A stretch of 64,000 nt of DNA from Candidatus Doudnabacteria bacterium (GTDB taxonomy: Bacteria; Patescibacteriota; Doudnabacteria; UBA920), in assembly GCA_016218585.1 (NCBI GenBank), contig JACRDK010000006.1, forward strand, positions 1,823-65,822, read 5' to 3'. The notes beneath the pieces were generated by a model. The model saw nothing but the letters and a program-made list of their open reading frames with translations. It ran no database searches and was not told where the DNA came from. The stretch's first letter is position 1, and each line of letters opens with the position of its first letter. The position numbers were made by a program, and so were the translations under genes. This document shows, in pieces, positions 37,846 to 47,742 of this stretch.

Positions 37846-39516
37846 ATGTTTAGACAACGCACAACAACAGAAAGAATTTGGGAAATTTTGCCGGGATTGC
37901 AATTCTGGGTAGTTTTTTTTGGCGCCATTTTGCTTTCCGCGCTAAGGCCTGTTTGGGCGGCATTGTTTATAATTTGTTTTGATTTGTATTGGGTTTTAAA
38001 AGCGGTTAATGTGGCAACTCACTTAATTTCCGCGTACAACAAATTCCGCTTGTTCGTAACCATTGACTGGTTAAGCAACACAACTAAGCTAACCGACTTC
38101 AAATCATACCAAAAATTTTTATTGGAAGAGCTGGCTAAAGCCAAAAGGCCGACAGCGAAAAGGTTTTATCGCCAGGAAGCGGAAAGAATTGGCCATTTAA
38201 TTTCTATGGGCCAAACCGGAAAAAATATGGGCGACTTTTACCATATTGTACTAATCCCATTTACTGATGAAAGTTTTGAAATTTTAGATTCAACTTTCAG
38301 CGCACTGGCTGCCTGCAATTACCCGAAAGATAAAATGATGGTGGTAATGGCTAGCGAAGAAAGAGCGGGGGAGCCTGCCCAGGAAGTTGGCCGGCAAATT
38401 AAAGCCAAGTACGAAAAAATATTCAACCGATTTTTCATTACCAAGCACCCCGACGGGCTGCCGGGTGAAATAAAAGGCAAAAGCGCCAACGCCAGCTTTG
38501 CCATGCAAAGCATGCTGCCGGAACTGGAAAAACTGGGCCTTAAAACCGAACAAATCCTGGTTTCAAATTTTGATTCAGACACCATTGTCCACCCGCAATA
38601 TTTTTCCCGGGTAATGTACGAATTTTTAACCGCGCTCAAACCTTATCAATCCAGCTACCAGCCAATTGCCGTATACAACAACAATATTTGGGACAGTCCG
38701 GCGCTAATCCGCGTGGTTTCGGTGTCTAATTCTTTCTGGCAGTTTACCGAAAGCAGCCGTCCCGACCGTTTGCGCAGTTTTTCTTCCCACACTATGACCT
38801 TAAAGGCTTTGGTGGAAATTGGATTCTGGAAAAAAGATATTGTAAATGAAGACGGCTACGTATATTGGCAATGTTACTTGCATTACAAAGGGGATTATCA
38901 GGTTGTGCCGTTATTCATCCCAATTTCTTTGGACACCTGTCTGGCAAACACTACCTGGCAGACTTTAATTAACCAATACAAACAAAAGCGCCGCTGGGCT
39001 TATAATGTAGAGTACTATCCGCACCTAATTCCGGCGCTAATTAAAAACGAAGCTCCTTTTTGGGACAGAATGTACAAACTCTACCAATACGTGGAAGGAA
39101 ATTTTAACTGGGCCACTGCCAGCATTTTAATTTCTTCCCTTGGATGGCTGCCGTTATTTTTAGGAGGCGACGCTTTTAAAAACAGCGTAATTGGCTATAC
39201 CTTGCCGACCGTGACTAAAACTTTAATGACCATTGCCACCTTCTTCCTGATTTTCAGCGTATATATTAATTTAATTTTATTGCCGCCACGACCAAAAAAA
39301 TACAGCATCTGGCGTTCGGCCATGATGTATTTGCAATGGTTTTTAGTGCCATTAACTTCCGTTGTTTTTGGCAGCCTGCCGGCGGTAGAAGCCCAAACCC
39401 GCCTAATGTTTGGCGCCTACCTGGAATTTTGGGTTACGCCAAAAGCCAGAAAAGGGGAGAATACCGGATTGGCTATGAAAGAAATGCAAAATAACCAAAC
39501 TTCCAACTTAAATTAA
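37846..39516 (+). CDS. Membrane-bound GT2-family glycosyltransferase
   Basis: KGKSAN, FDSD, NED, QKRRW processive-type motif, TM helices. Confidence 0.85.
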   Translation: MFRQRTTTERIWEILPGLQFWVVFFGAILLSALRPVWAALFIICFDLYWVLKAVNVATHLISAYNKFRLFVTIDWLSNTTKLTDFKSYQKFLLEELAKAKRPTAKRFYRQEAERIGHLISMGQTGKNMGDFYHIVLIPFTDESFEILDSTFSALAACNYPKDKMMVVMASEERAGEPAQEVGRQIKAKYEKIFNRFFITKHPDGLPGEIKGKSANASFAMQSMLPELEKLGLKTEQILVSNFDSDTIVHPQYFSRVMYEFLTALKPYQSSYQPIAVYNNNIWDSPALIRVVSVSNSFWQFTESSRPDRLRSFSSHTMTLKALVEIGFWKKDIVNEDGYVYWQCYLHYKGDYQVVPLFIPISLDTCLANTTWQTLINQYKQKRRWAYNVEYYPHLIPALIKNEAPFWDRMYKLYQYVEGNFNWATASILISSLGWLPLFLGGDAFKNSVIGYTLPTVTKTLMTIATFFLIFSVYINLILLPPRPKKYSIWRSAMMYLQWFLVPLTSVVFGSLPAVEAQTRLMFGAYLEFWVTPKARKGENTGLAMKEMQNNQTSNLN

Positions 39517-39520
39517 TTTA

Positions 39521-40603
39521 ATGCCTTATCTAATTTATTTTTTAATTGCCTTAGCCGCATCATTTGTTTTTACGCCTTTGGTAATGCGCGCGGCTTTTAA
39601 ATTAAAAATTATTGACGTTCCCGGAACGCACCCAAAAAAAATCCACGAGCAGCCAACAGCTCTTCTTGGCGGCGTTGCGGTTTTTTTGTCGTTCCTTTCG
39701 GCTTTGTTGCTTTACCTATATTTCGGCAAGCCGGATTTAAATGTTGTCCCAATGAAATTTTTCCTGGGAATTATTTTTGGCGGACTAATTTTAGTTTTAG
39801 GCGGGGCGATTGACGACAAATACAACCTGCCGCCAAAAGTTCTCTGGTTGTTTCCGGCACTGGCATCGCTAGTGGTAATTTGGTCGGGGATTGGCGTTGG
39901 CATAAAATTTATTTCCAACCCGTTTGGCACAGCCATAAGCTTAGATTATATTTTTCTCGGCTTGCCTCTGTCTGCAATTTTTGTCTGGGTCTGGATGATG
40001 GGAATGATTTTTACCACAAAACTTCTGGACGGACTAGACGGGCTTTGCGCGGGCATTGCTTTAATCGGCGGACTAACTATGTTTGCTTTATCTTTAGGAG
40101 AAAAAATTAATCAGCCGATTACCGCGAGCATTTCAATTATTTTTGCCGGGGCACTGCTCGGATATTTGTTTTTTGCTTTTAACCCGGCTTCCATTTTTTT
40201 GGGGGAAAGCGGCAGCACCTTTTTAGGATTTATTTTAGGTGTACTGGCTATAATTTCCGGCGCAAAAATTGCCACAGCTCTACTGGTTATGGGCATTCCA
40301 ATTCTAGACGTTGCCTGGGTGATTGTAAAAAGGCTGTGGTACCACCGAAGCCCGTTTTCCGGCGACCGCCAGCACCTGCACTTTAAACTGCTGGATATTG
40401 GCCTAACCCAGCGCCAGGCCGTCTTGGTTTTATATGCAATTTCCGCGGTTTTTGGCGGGGTAGCGGTATTTTTACAGAGTATGGGAAAACTCGTCGCCTT
40501 AGTCATTTTAACGTGTTTAATGGTAGGTTTAGCCCTAACCACAGTGGTTTTATACAAACGCCAACACCCCCACATTCCCGATTTGTTTGATAAGGCAAAA
40601 TAA
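39521..40603 (+). CDS. Undecaprenyl-phosphate GlcNAc-1-phosphate transferase (WecA/TagO, MraY-like)
   Basis: GAIDDK, LLDGLDGL, FNPASIFLGESG, DRQHLH. Confidence 0.88.
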   Translation: MPYLIYFLIALAASFVFTPLVMRAAFKLKIIDVPGTHPKKIHEQPTALLGGVAVFLSFLSALLLYLYFGKPDLNVVPMKFFLGIIFGGLILVLGGAIDDKYNLPPKVLWLFPALASLVVIWSGIGVGIKFISNPFGTAISLDYIFLGLPLSAIFVWVWMMGMIFTTKLLDGLDGLCAGIALIGGLTMFALSLGEKINQPITASISIIFAGALLGYLFFAFNPASIFLGESGSTFLGFILGVLAIISGAKIATALLVMGIPILDVAWVIVKRLWYHRSPFSGDRQHLHFKLLDIGLTQRQAVLVLYAISAVFGGVAVFLQSMGKLVALVILTCLMVGLALTTVVLYKRQHPHIPDLFDKAK

Positions 40604-40646
40604 AAAAGAACCGCCGGCACAGAGGCTGGCGGTCCAAGTTTGGTTC

Positions 40647-40889
40647 CTATTCCGAAACCTCCTTGATGAAACGCTGGTTAGCGAAGTACTCGCGTTCCAT
40701 TTCGAGGAAGCGACAGTTTTGCCCGGCGAAATACCCGTTCCAGAACGTATCGGTTCGATACTCCCTTACACGGATTCCCCGAAGACCCAAACTGTAGCCG
40801 TCCCTGAACTGGCGACGGATTCTCGCTTTTGCAGCGGTTTCTTTCGTTTCGGTAGAGCTCTTTGAGCCCTGATTCTTTGAATATCTCAT
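40647..40889 (-). CDS. Small hypothetical protein
   Basis: Start MRYSKN with SD AGGAGAG. Own TTGACA-17-TATTGT promoter (40990-40962) and terminator (40602-40633). Confidence 0.5.
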   Translation of the reverse strand: MRYSKNQGSKSSTETKETAAKARIRRQFRDGYSLGLRGIRVREYRTDTFWNGYFAGQNCRFLEMEREYFANQRFIKEVSE

Positions 40890-41043
40890 GGTTCTCTCCT
40901 GACAGCGGGCTACCTTGGTAGCCGTCGTCAAAAAAAATACCGATCACGAAAGAACCAACCTACAATACCATACTATATGTAAATTGTCAATATACCAAGA
41001 TAAAAGCTTAAAGCTTCCGCCGTTTGCCTATATTTTTTGCTAA

Positions 41044-41072
41044 TTGACGAAATCCAATAAAAGTGATAGAAT
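41044..41072 (+). promoter_or_regulatory. Sigma70 promoter for rplU
   Basis: TTGACG-17 nt-TAGAAT with extended TG. Confidence 0.65.
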
Positions 41073-41123
41073 ATTTGGGTATCTTTTCTAATAACTATTT
41101 ACTAGTCACTAATCACTATACTT

Positions 41124-41429
41124 ATGTTCGCAATCATCGAGACCGGCGGAAAGCAGTACTTGGTTTCCAAAGGAGACAAAATTCAGGTAGAAAAACTGGA
41201 CACCGAAGCCGGCAAAACCATTAAATTCGACAAAGTCTTATTTACTTCCGACGGCAAGTCCGCGGAAATCGGCAAACCGTATGTTACCGGAGCCGTGGTA
41301 GAAGGCAAGGTAATTAGCCAGGGACGCGGCAAAAAAATCCACGTTTTAAAATACCGCGCTAAGAGCAAATACCGCCGTAAAATAGGTGCCCGCCAAGCTT
41401 ACACTGAAATTGAAATAGTCAAAGCATAG
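41124..41429 (+). CDS. rplU: 50S ribosomal protein L21
   Basis: MFAIIETGGKQY, IGKPYV, GARQAYT. Confidence 0.96.
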   Translation: MFAIIETGGKQYLVSKGDKIQVEKLDTEAGKTIKFDKVLFTSDGKSAEIGKPYVTGAVVEGKVISQGRGKKIHVLKYRAKSKYRRKIGARQAYTEIEIVKA

Positions 41430-41468
41430 ATCGCGGATACGCGGACGGGACAGATTACGCAGATTTTA

Positions 41469-41504
41469 AAAAGACCCACCCTTTGAATAAAGGGTGGGTC
41501 TTTT
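41469..41504. terminator. Bidirectional terminator between rplU and recR
   Basis: AAAAGACCCACCCTT-AAGGGTGGGTCTTTT. Confidence 0.8.
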
Positions 41505-41542
41505 GTATCAGTGTTATCAGCGGTAATCTGCGTATCTGTGGT

Positions 41543-42154
41543 CTAATATTCTCTTCTTCCTTCCATTGCTCTCATTAGAGTAATGTCGTCGGCGTATTCC
41601 AGGTCGCCGCCCATAGGCAAGCCTCGGGCAATGCGCGTAATTTTAACTTCCGGATTTGCCGCTTTAATAACTTTGGAAAGATGCATTGCCGTTGTTTCTC
41701 CTTCAAGCGACGGATTAGTTGCAATAATCACTTCCTTAATTCCTAATTCTTCATTCTTAATTCTTGCAAGGAGCGAATCTATTTCCAAATTCTCCGGCCC
41801 CAAGCCTTCCAAAGGGTTTAGCACTCCGCCTAACACATGAAATATTCCGTTATATTGCCCGCTCTTGTCTATGGCCTGAGCATCCAAAGGCTCTTCCACT
41901 ACGCAAACTAAAGAATGGTCCCGCCTGACATCGGCACAGGTAGAACAAGGGTCTGTCTCGCCCATATTGTGGCAAATTGAACAAAAAGTTATGCCTTCTT
42001 TAATTTGGGCAATACTCTGGGAGAGGCTATTTATATCTATGCTGTCCTGTTTAAGCAAATAAAAAGCCAGGCGTTGGGCGGTTTTTGGCCCCACGCCGGG
42101 AAGCTTGCCAAGCTCATTTATTAATTTTTGTAGAGATGATGGTAGTTTGGTCAT
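41543..42154 (-). CDS. recR: Recombination mediator RecR
   Basis: LPGVGPKTAQRLA, CxxC..CxxC, TOPRIM, GGDLEYAD. Start set at MTKLP. Confidence 0.96.
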   Translation of the reverse strand: MTKLPSSLQKLINELGKLPGVGPKTAQRLAFYLLKQDSIDINSLSQSIAQIKEGITFCSICHNMGETDPCSTCADVRRDHSLVCVVEEPLDAQAIDKSGQYNGIFHVLGGVLNPLEGLGPENLEIDSLLARIKNEELGIKEVIIATNPSLEGETTAMHLSKVIKAANPEVKITRIARGLPMGGDLEYADDITLMRAMEGRREY

Positions 42155-42245
42155 AAATAAGTTATCAAGTTTATCAAGTCTATCAAGTTTAAAGTTAATG
42201 GGCCCATACTTGATGAACTTTATAACTTTATAAACTTGCAACTCT
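42155..42245. repeat. Two-arm tandem/inverted repeat spacer (TATCAAGTT units)
   Basis: Three to four 9-nt units, then AACTT units. Confidence 0.75.
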
Positions 42246-43634
42246 TTATACTGGTTCTTCCGCCGGAGCCATACTTTCCATTACGGTTTGCGGAGAAACG
42301 TCAAAAGTTTTGTCCAAATTCCTAAAGCTGGTCTTTTCACCGTCAAAGTACAAATCAACTTCGCCTACGGGACCATTTCTATGTTTCTTAATATGAATTT
42401 CCGCAATATGCGGGCGGCGGGACTCCTTGCCTTTATACATATCTTCACGATAAATAAACATAACCACGTCGGCATCTTGTTCAATGGAACCGGATTCACG
42501 CAAGTCGGAAAGCTGCGGCACTTTGTCCGGACGATTTTCCACGCCGCGGGACAGCTGGGACAAAGCCAGAACGGGCACATTAATTTCACGGGCCAAAAGT
42601 TTTAAGGCGCGGGAAATTTCCGAAACTTCCTGCACGCGATTCTCTGTGCTGCGCCCTTCCATTAACTGCAAGTAATCCACAACTATTAAACCAACGTCGT
42701 GTTCAGATTTCAAGCGGCGAGCTTTGGTGCGGACTTCCATAATGTTGCTGCCGGCGGCGTCATCTATAAAAATAGGGGACTCGGACAGTTCACCCATTGC
42801 CTGGCCAATTTTTTCAAAGTCTTCGTCATTCAAATGCCCGGTGCGAATTTTGGTTAAACTAACATCGCTCTGGGAAGAAAGCAAACGGTCCACCAATTGG
42901 TCTTTGCTCATTTCCAAAGAGAATATTCCTACCGGGGTTTTAGTATTTACCGCCACGTGGCGCATAATGTCCAAAGCCAAAGAAGTTTTACCCATAGAAG
43001 GACGGGCAGCCAGCACAATAAGGTCAGATCTTTGCAAGCCGCCAAGCAGCCTATCAAGATCTACATAGCCGGTCGGCACGCCGCGAAGCTTGCCCTTTTC
43101 TCTATGAAGCTCATCTATTCTCTCAAAGGTAGAATGTAAAATATTTCCAATGGAAATAAAATTCTGCTTCAAGTGCTTTTGGGAGATGTTAAAAAGTTTT
43201 TGTTCGGCAGCGTCTAAAATATCTTCCATATCGCCCTCTTCGTTAAATGCCAAATTACTCATTTCGCCCGCGGCATTTATAAGTTTTCTTAGCGCGCCTT
43301 TTTTGCGGACAATAAAAGCATAGTGCGTAATATGCGCGGAAGAGGGGACGGCGTTAACCAGTTCGGTTAAATAACTGGATCCGCCAACCTTGTCCATTAA
43401 CTTTCTCTCTTCCAACCAGTTGGTTACGGTGAGAATATCAATGGAAATATTTTTTTCGGAAAGCGCTAAAGCGGCTTCAAAAATTATTTTGTGGCGGTCA
43501 TCATAAAAGTCATCGGCAGAAACGACATCTCCGATTTTTATAAGCGCGTCTTTGTCTAACATTAAACAGCCCAAAACAGACATTTCGGCTTCCATGTTTT
43601 GCGGAGGCATCCGCTGAATACTTGAGTTTTCCAT
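42246..43634 (-). CDS. dnaB: Replicative DNA helicase DnaB
   Basis: AARPSMGKT, VDYLQLM, LSQLSR, SDLRESGSIEQDAD, KHRNGP. Confidence 0.97.
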   Translation of the reverse strand: MENSSIQRMPPQNMEAEMSVLGCLMLDKDALIKIGDVVSADDFYDDRHKIIFEAALALSEKNISIDILTVTNWLEERKLMDKVGGSSYLTELVNAVPSSAHITHYAFIVRKKGALRKLINAAGEMSNLAFNEEGDMEDILDAAEQKLFNISQKHLKQNFISIGNILHSTFERIDELHREKGKLRGVPTGYVDLDRLLGGLQRSDLIVLAARPSMGKTSLALDIMRHVAVNTKTPVGIFSLEMSKDQLVDRLLSSQSDVSLTKIRTGHLNDEDFEKIGQAMGELSESPIFIDDAAGSNIMEVRTKARRLKSEHDVGLIVVDYLQLMEGRSTENRVQEVSEISRALKLLAREINVPVLALSQLSRGVENRPDKVPQLSDLRESGSIEQDADVVMFIYREDMYKGKESRRPHIAEIHIKKHRNGPVGEVDLYFDGEKTSFRNLDKTFDVSPQTVMESMAPAEEPV

Positions 43635-43690
43635 AAATTATTTACAATCCTTTTAAGCTATTATAGCGGTTTTTGTCGGGTCTTAAAAGA

Positions 43691-43721
43691 GCAAAAAAGC
43701 CCACATTTTGGGCTTTTTTGC
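43691..43721. terminator. Terminator hairpin after cysS
   Basis: GCAAAAAAGCCCA-TGGGCTTTTTTGC. Confidence 0.65.
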
Positions 43722-43794
43722 GTAATTAGTGCAAATGATGGGGAAAGCAAGGGGACAAACAGTTTACCTTGTTATCATAAGGAGGTGTTCTAAA

Positions 43795-45222
43795 CTAAAT
43801 ACTGATTTTTTTGCGAATTTTCTGCCCTTCGGCAGTGTCTTTAACCTCAAATCCCAGAGCTTCTATTTCTTTTCTTAATTCATCAGATTTAGCAAAATCT
43901 TTTGCTTCGCGCGCAGCCTGGCGGGCTTTTACCAAATTTGCCGCTGCTTCAGGCAATTCAATATTTTCCAAAATGCTTGGCGGGTTAATTAAACCTAGCC
44001 CTAATACTTCATCAAACTTTTTTGCTATTTCATCTTGAGTTCGTAAATTTGCAGCCAAATGGCCAAAAGATTCCCACAGCGCAGCCACAAAAGCAGGAAT
44101 ATTCATATCATCATCCAAAGCTTGTTTTGCCATAGCCAAATATTCTTTCAAAATATCCGCTTGTTCGGGTTGGTTTTCGCCAATAATTTTATGAGATGCA
44201 AGGGTATTAAATAATTTCTCCACGGCCTTGTAAGCGCCCAAAAAACTCTCCCAGGTAAAATTTTGCCTCATGCGATAGCTGCTCTGAGTAAACAAATAAC
44301 GCAAAGCCTCTCCGGGCAAAGGAACTTTTTCCGCCATATCAGAAAGCTGCAGGAACTTGCCGTCGCGCTTGGCCATTTTTTTGTCATCCACCATTAAATG
44401 TTCGCAGTGGCACCAGTGTTTAACAAAATTTCCTTTTCCCAGCAGGGCCTGGCTTTGGGCAATTTCATTTGTATGATGCGGAAAAATTAAGTCCACGCCG
44501 CCGGTATGGATATCGGTTACTTCGCCTGAAAAAGCCACGCGGTTTATTACCGAGCATTCAATATGCCAGCCGGGTCGGCCTTTGCCTAAAAGGGGATGGT
44601 CCCAAAAAATTTGCGCGTCACTTTCGGAATTATGCGCTTTCCACAAGGCGAAGTCGGACAGGTTATCTTTTTCATATTCGTCTACGGCCACGCGCGCGCC
44701 AACTTTTTTCCCTTCCAAAAACTTTTCTCCGACAAGTTCGCCGTAATCGTTAAAATCTTTTTGATATTTTTCAATGCTAAAATAAACGCTTCCATCTTCA
44801 GCTTTGTAAGCGTAGCCTTTATTTATTAACTCAACAATAAATTCCTGAATCTGAGGGATTACATCGGTCACCCGGACAAAAGTAATGTCTTCCACCGAGA
44901 CTTTTACTTTATGCAAGTCTTTTAAAAACTCATCGTAATAAAATTTCGTAAATTCGCGAAGATTTTCCACATTGGCCTGAGCGCCGTATTTTTCTACCGT
45001 GCCTTTTATAGTTTTATCATCAATGTCGGTAATATTCATAACCCATTTTGGGTTAAACCCTTCGTGCTTAAGCGAACGAAAAAGCAAATCTGCCACTATA
45101 TATGAGCGCAAGTTTCCAATATGGGCATAATTGTATACTGTTGGCCCGCAGGTATACACATTTAAATGGTCTTTTTTTGGAACTTCTTCAAGTTGTTTGG
45201 AAAGGGTATTATATAATTTCAT
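43795..45222 (-). CDS. cysS: Cysteinyl-tRNA synthetase
   Basis: CGPTVY, HIGN, GRPGWHIECS, FPHHTNE, KMAKR (KMSKS variant). Confidence 0.95.
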   Translation of the reverse strand: MKLYNTLSKQLEEVPKKDHLNVYTCGPTVYNYAHIGNLRSYIVADLLFRSLKHEGFNPKWVMNITDIDDKTIKGTVEKYGAQANVENLREFTKFYYDEFLKDLHKVKVSVEDITFVRVTDVIPQIQEFIVELINKGYAYKAEDGSVYFSIEKYQKDFNDYGELVGEKFLEGKKVGARVAVDEYEKDNLSDFALWKAHNSESDAQIFWDHPLLGKGRPGWHIECSVINRVAFSGEVTDIHTGGVDLIFPHHTNEIAQSQALLGKGNFVKHWCHCEHLMVDDKKMAKRDGKFLQLSDMAEKVPLPGEALRYLFTQSSYRMRQNFTWESFLGAYKAVEKLFNTLASHKIIGENQPEQADILKEYLAMAKQALDDDMNIPAFVAALWESFGHLAANLRTQDEIAKKFDEVLGLGLINPPSILENIELPEAAANLVKARQAAREAKDFAKSDELRKEIEALGFEVKDTAEGQKIRKKISI

Positions 45223-45268
45223 ATAACTAATTTTAGCATGAAAAAGAACAAACGGTCGAACATATACT

Positions 45269-45304
45269 CATTCCGCTCATTCACGGCCGTGAATGAGCGG
45301 AATG
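45269..45304. repeat. 36-bp perfect palindrome
   Basis: CATTCCGCTCATTCACGGCCGTGAATGAGCGGAATG. Confidence 0.9.
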
Positions 45305-45826
45305 TTATAAATTAAACATCTTTCTAAGGTCTTTATCGTTATCCATCTCTTCAACCTTTATAATTCTTATAAAATTAATTAGCTTTGTCTCAGTTAAATA
45401 TTGTATTGCATCCCTGTTTAAGGGGTAAGGACTAATGAAAACACTAGCCTGAAGCTTTTTAAAATTGTTTTTCTTAAGCATCCAACGAAAATGATCCCGT
45501 AAATGATGGAAGCTTTCCGGGATGTCAAAAATAATGACCCTCCACTTCCCATCCCAATTTTTTGCAACATCTAGCCCTGCTTTTTGCAGCAATTTTTCCA
45601 ATTGCCCCTTGTTGGTAATTTTTAAAAACTTCTGGTCATTTTTTTTAATAATTTTTAAATACCCCGAACGGTTCATTTTCCACAGCGCATTAGTGTATTT
45701 GTCCCTGGTAAAACCTCTAAGGTTTTTCCTCTTTGCGAAATCATACAAACTTTCCAACGGCAAAAACGGAGTGTCAAGATCCAGACACTCGAGAACCAAA
45801 TGAACAAAAGGCCCATAACGATTCAT
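45305..45826 (-). CDS. PaaX-like protein: winged-HTH plus Cas2-like domain
   Basis: LWKMNRSGYL..LKITNKG (wHTH), WDGKWRVIIFDIPE..RDHFR..FKKLQASVFISP. Confidence 0.8.
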   Translation of the reverse strand: MNRYGPFVHLVLECLDLDTPFLPLESLYDFAKRKNLRGFTRDKYTNALWKMNRSGYLKIIKKNDQKFLKITNKGQLEKLLQKAGLDVAKNWDGKWRVIIFDIPESFHHLRDHFRWMLKKNNFKKLQASVFISPYPLNRDAIQYLTETKLINFIRIIKVEEMDNDKDLRKMFNL

Positions 45827-45859
45827 ATAAATTGACTGTCGCTTTTATTTAAAAATTAA

Positions 45860-45893
45860 ATTCACCTCATTCACGGCCGTGAATGAGGTGAAT
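45860..45893. repeat. 34-bp perfect palindrome (paralog of 45269-45304)
   Basis: ATTCACCTCATTCACGGCCGTGAATGAGGTGAAT. Confidence 0.9.
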
Positions 45894-45894
45894 G

Positions 45895-47607
45895 TTAGCT
45901 ATTTGAAATCATTCCTAAATGATGTTCGCGGAGTTTTTTTAACCCGGTTGATAATTCCCGGCCTTCTAAAATTTTTGCTAAGTGCAAGCCGCCCATAAAA
46001 TGCGGTGAGATTACGTAGTCTATGCCATGCTCGTACAAAATTTTTGTTTCCGCTTCATCCTGGGCAATAAAAATTAACTTCGGGTGATTGCGCTTGCCGG
46101 CTGTGGCGGCTTTGATGGAATGAATCAGCGACAGGTTATCGTTAAAATCCGGGACAGTGGAAATAATTAATTTAGCAAACGGCAAATTAACTTGCTCTTG
46201 AATAAAGCCGTCGGTAATATCGCCGCAAACAGCCAAGTGTCCCAGTTCAATATAATGTTCAACCACCTCCGGATTAAAGTCTACTATAACAAACGGAGTT
46301 TTATGTTTTTTTAATGCGTCAATTAAATGATGCCCAAGCCTATGCGCGCCCACCAGGATAATATGGTTTTTAAGGACCGCAGTGCTAACATGCTTTTCGG
46401 CCGAGCCTTTGCGGAAATCAAAATATTTAAAAACAAATTTTAGCTTTTCAAAAATTTGCGTAGCGTACATTATCATATACGAGGAAAGGCCAATTGTGAC
46501 AATGGCAATTAAAGTCATTAAAGCCACGTCCTGTTTTTGCAAATGCCCCAGCTGATAGCCGGAAGTTACTAAAATTAAACTGAATTCAGAAACCTGGGCC
46601 ACAGTTACGCCAGCCAAAAATCCGGTGCGGGGCTTATAACCGGCCAATCCGAGCAAGACCATAACAATTAACGGGTTGCCAATTAGAACAAACAACGACA
46701 GCCAAATTGCCGGACCGGTTAAGGCTGATAAATTATCGAGCATTAAGCCCGAACCAAGCACGATAAAAAATAAAATTATAAAAAAGTCGCGAATGGGTTT
46801 TATTTTGCCGCTAATTTCATAATGAACGCCGCTTCTGGCCAAAGACAGTCCGGCTAAAAACCCGCCAATCTCCAAACTGAAACCGACAATTGGCAGAGAC
46901 ACAAAGCTGGCAAGGCCTAAAGCCCAAGCCAAAGAGAAAACCAGCATTAGTTCGTCGTTATTGCCAATGTGCTGCAAAATTTTGGGGAAAACTTTGGCTG
47001 ACAGCCACCAGACAACCAACACTAAAATTAAGCCTCTAACCAAAGCCATAATTACGGTCTGCCATAACGGCAAGTTGGAATAAAAGCCCGAACTGCTGGA
47101 ACCCATGCTGGACAGAGCAATTAAAATTAAAATCGCAACAAAATCCTGAGTCAAAAAAATTCCAATAACCAGCTTGCCATACAAACTTTGCATATCTTTC
47201 TTCTCGCCCAAAAGTTTAACCACAATAATCGTAGAAGAAAAAGTCAGCGCCGGAGCAAGATACAAAGAGGGGATGGTGCCAAGGCCGAGCAGGCGCAAAA
47301 TTAAATAGCCAATTCCGGTAGTAAAAACAATTTGCCCCAACGCAACAAACAGCACGGTTTTGCCCAGGCGCCGGAGCTGCGCCACGTCCAGTTGCAGGCC
47401 GACCATAAACAAAAGCAGGGTAATACCTATTTCCGCCAAAGCCGAAAACACATCGCCTTGCTGCAGGCGATAATATCCCAAAGGCCCGACAACAACGCCG
47501 GTTAAAATGTAAGCAATTATGCTGGGTTGTTTAAGCAGGCTCACCAAAAAAGACACCAAGCCTGCCAAAATCAAAACCGTGGTTAGTTCAAAAAATAAAT
47601 TATTCAC
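45895..47607 (-). CDS. CPA2-family cation:proton antiporter with RCK/TrkA-N domain (Kef-like)
   Basis: FSSTIIVVK, TQD, GGFLAG, QVSEF, C-terminal GAHRLG Rossmann fold. Confidence 0.88.
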   Translation of the reverse strand: MNNLFFELTTVLILAGLVSFLVSLLKQPSIIAYILTGVVVGPLGYYRLQQGDVFSALAEIGITLLLFMVGLQLDVAQLRRLGKTVLFVALGQIVFTTGIGYLILRLLGLGTIPSLYLAPALTFSSTIIVVKLLGEKKDMQSLYGKLVIGIFLTQDFVAILILIALSSMGSSSSGFYSNLPLWQTVIMALVRGLILVLVVWWLSAKVFPKILQHIGNNDELMLVFSLAWALGLASFVSLPIVGFSLEIGGFLAGLSLARSGVHYEISGKIKPIRDFFIILFFIVLGSGLMLDNLSALTGPAIWLSLFVLIGNPLIVMVLLGLAGYKPRTGFLAGVTVAQVSEFSLILVTSGYQLGHLQKQDVALMTLIAIVTIGLSSYMIMYATQIFEKLKFVFKYFDFRKGSAEKHVSTAVLKNHIILVGAHRLGHHLIDALKKHKTPFVIVDFNPEVVEHYIELGHLAVCGDITDGFIQEQVNLPFAKLIISTVPDFNDNLSLIHSIKAATAGKRNHPKLIFIAQDEAETKILYEHGIDYVISPHFMGGLHLAKILEGRELSTGLKKLREHHLGMISNS

Positions 47608-47742
47608 CCTCTATAATTTAATTAATTTCTGATTTGTATTTCAAAAGAAAAACTTTTATTTATTATACCATAACTTTTTGCCAAATCCCAATGTATTGAT
47701 AAAAACTCGGGATTACGGTAAAATTAAATTACTTTCAACCTT

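Noticed and set aside
45269-45893. CRISPR array next to a cas2
   Set aside because: Only two repeats separated by a whole gene, no spacer-sized intervals and no cas1 or effector genes. Reported as a palindrome-flanked cassette instead.
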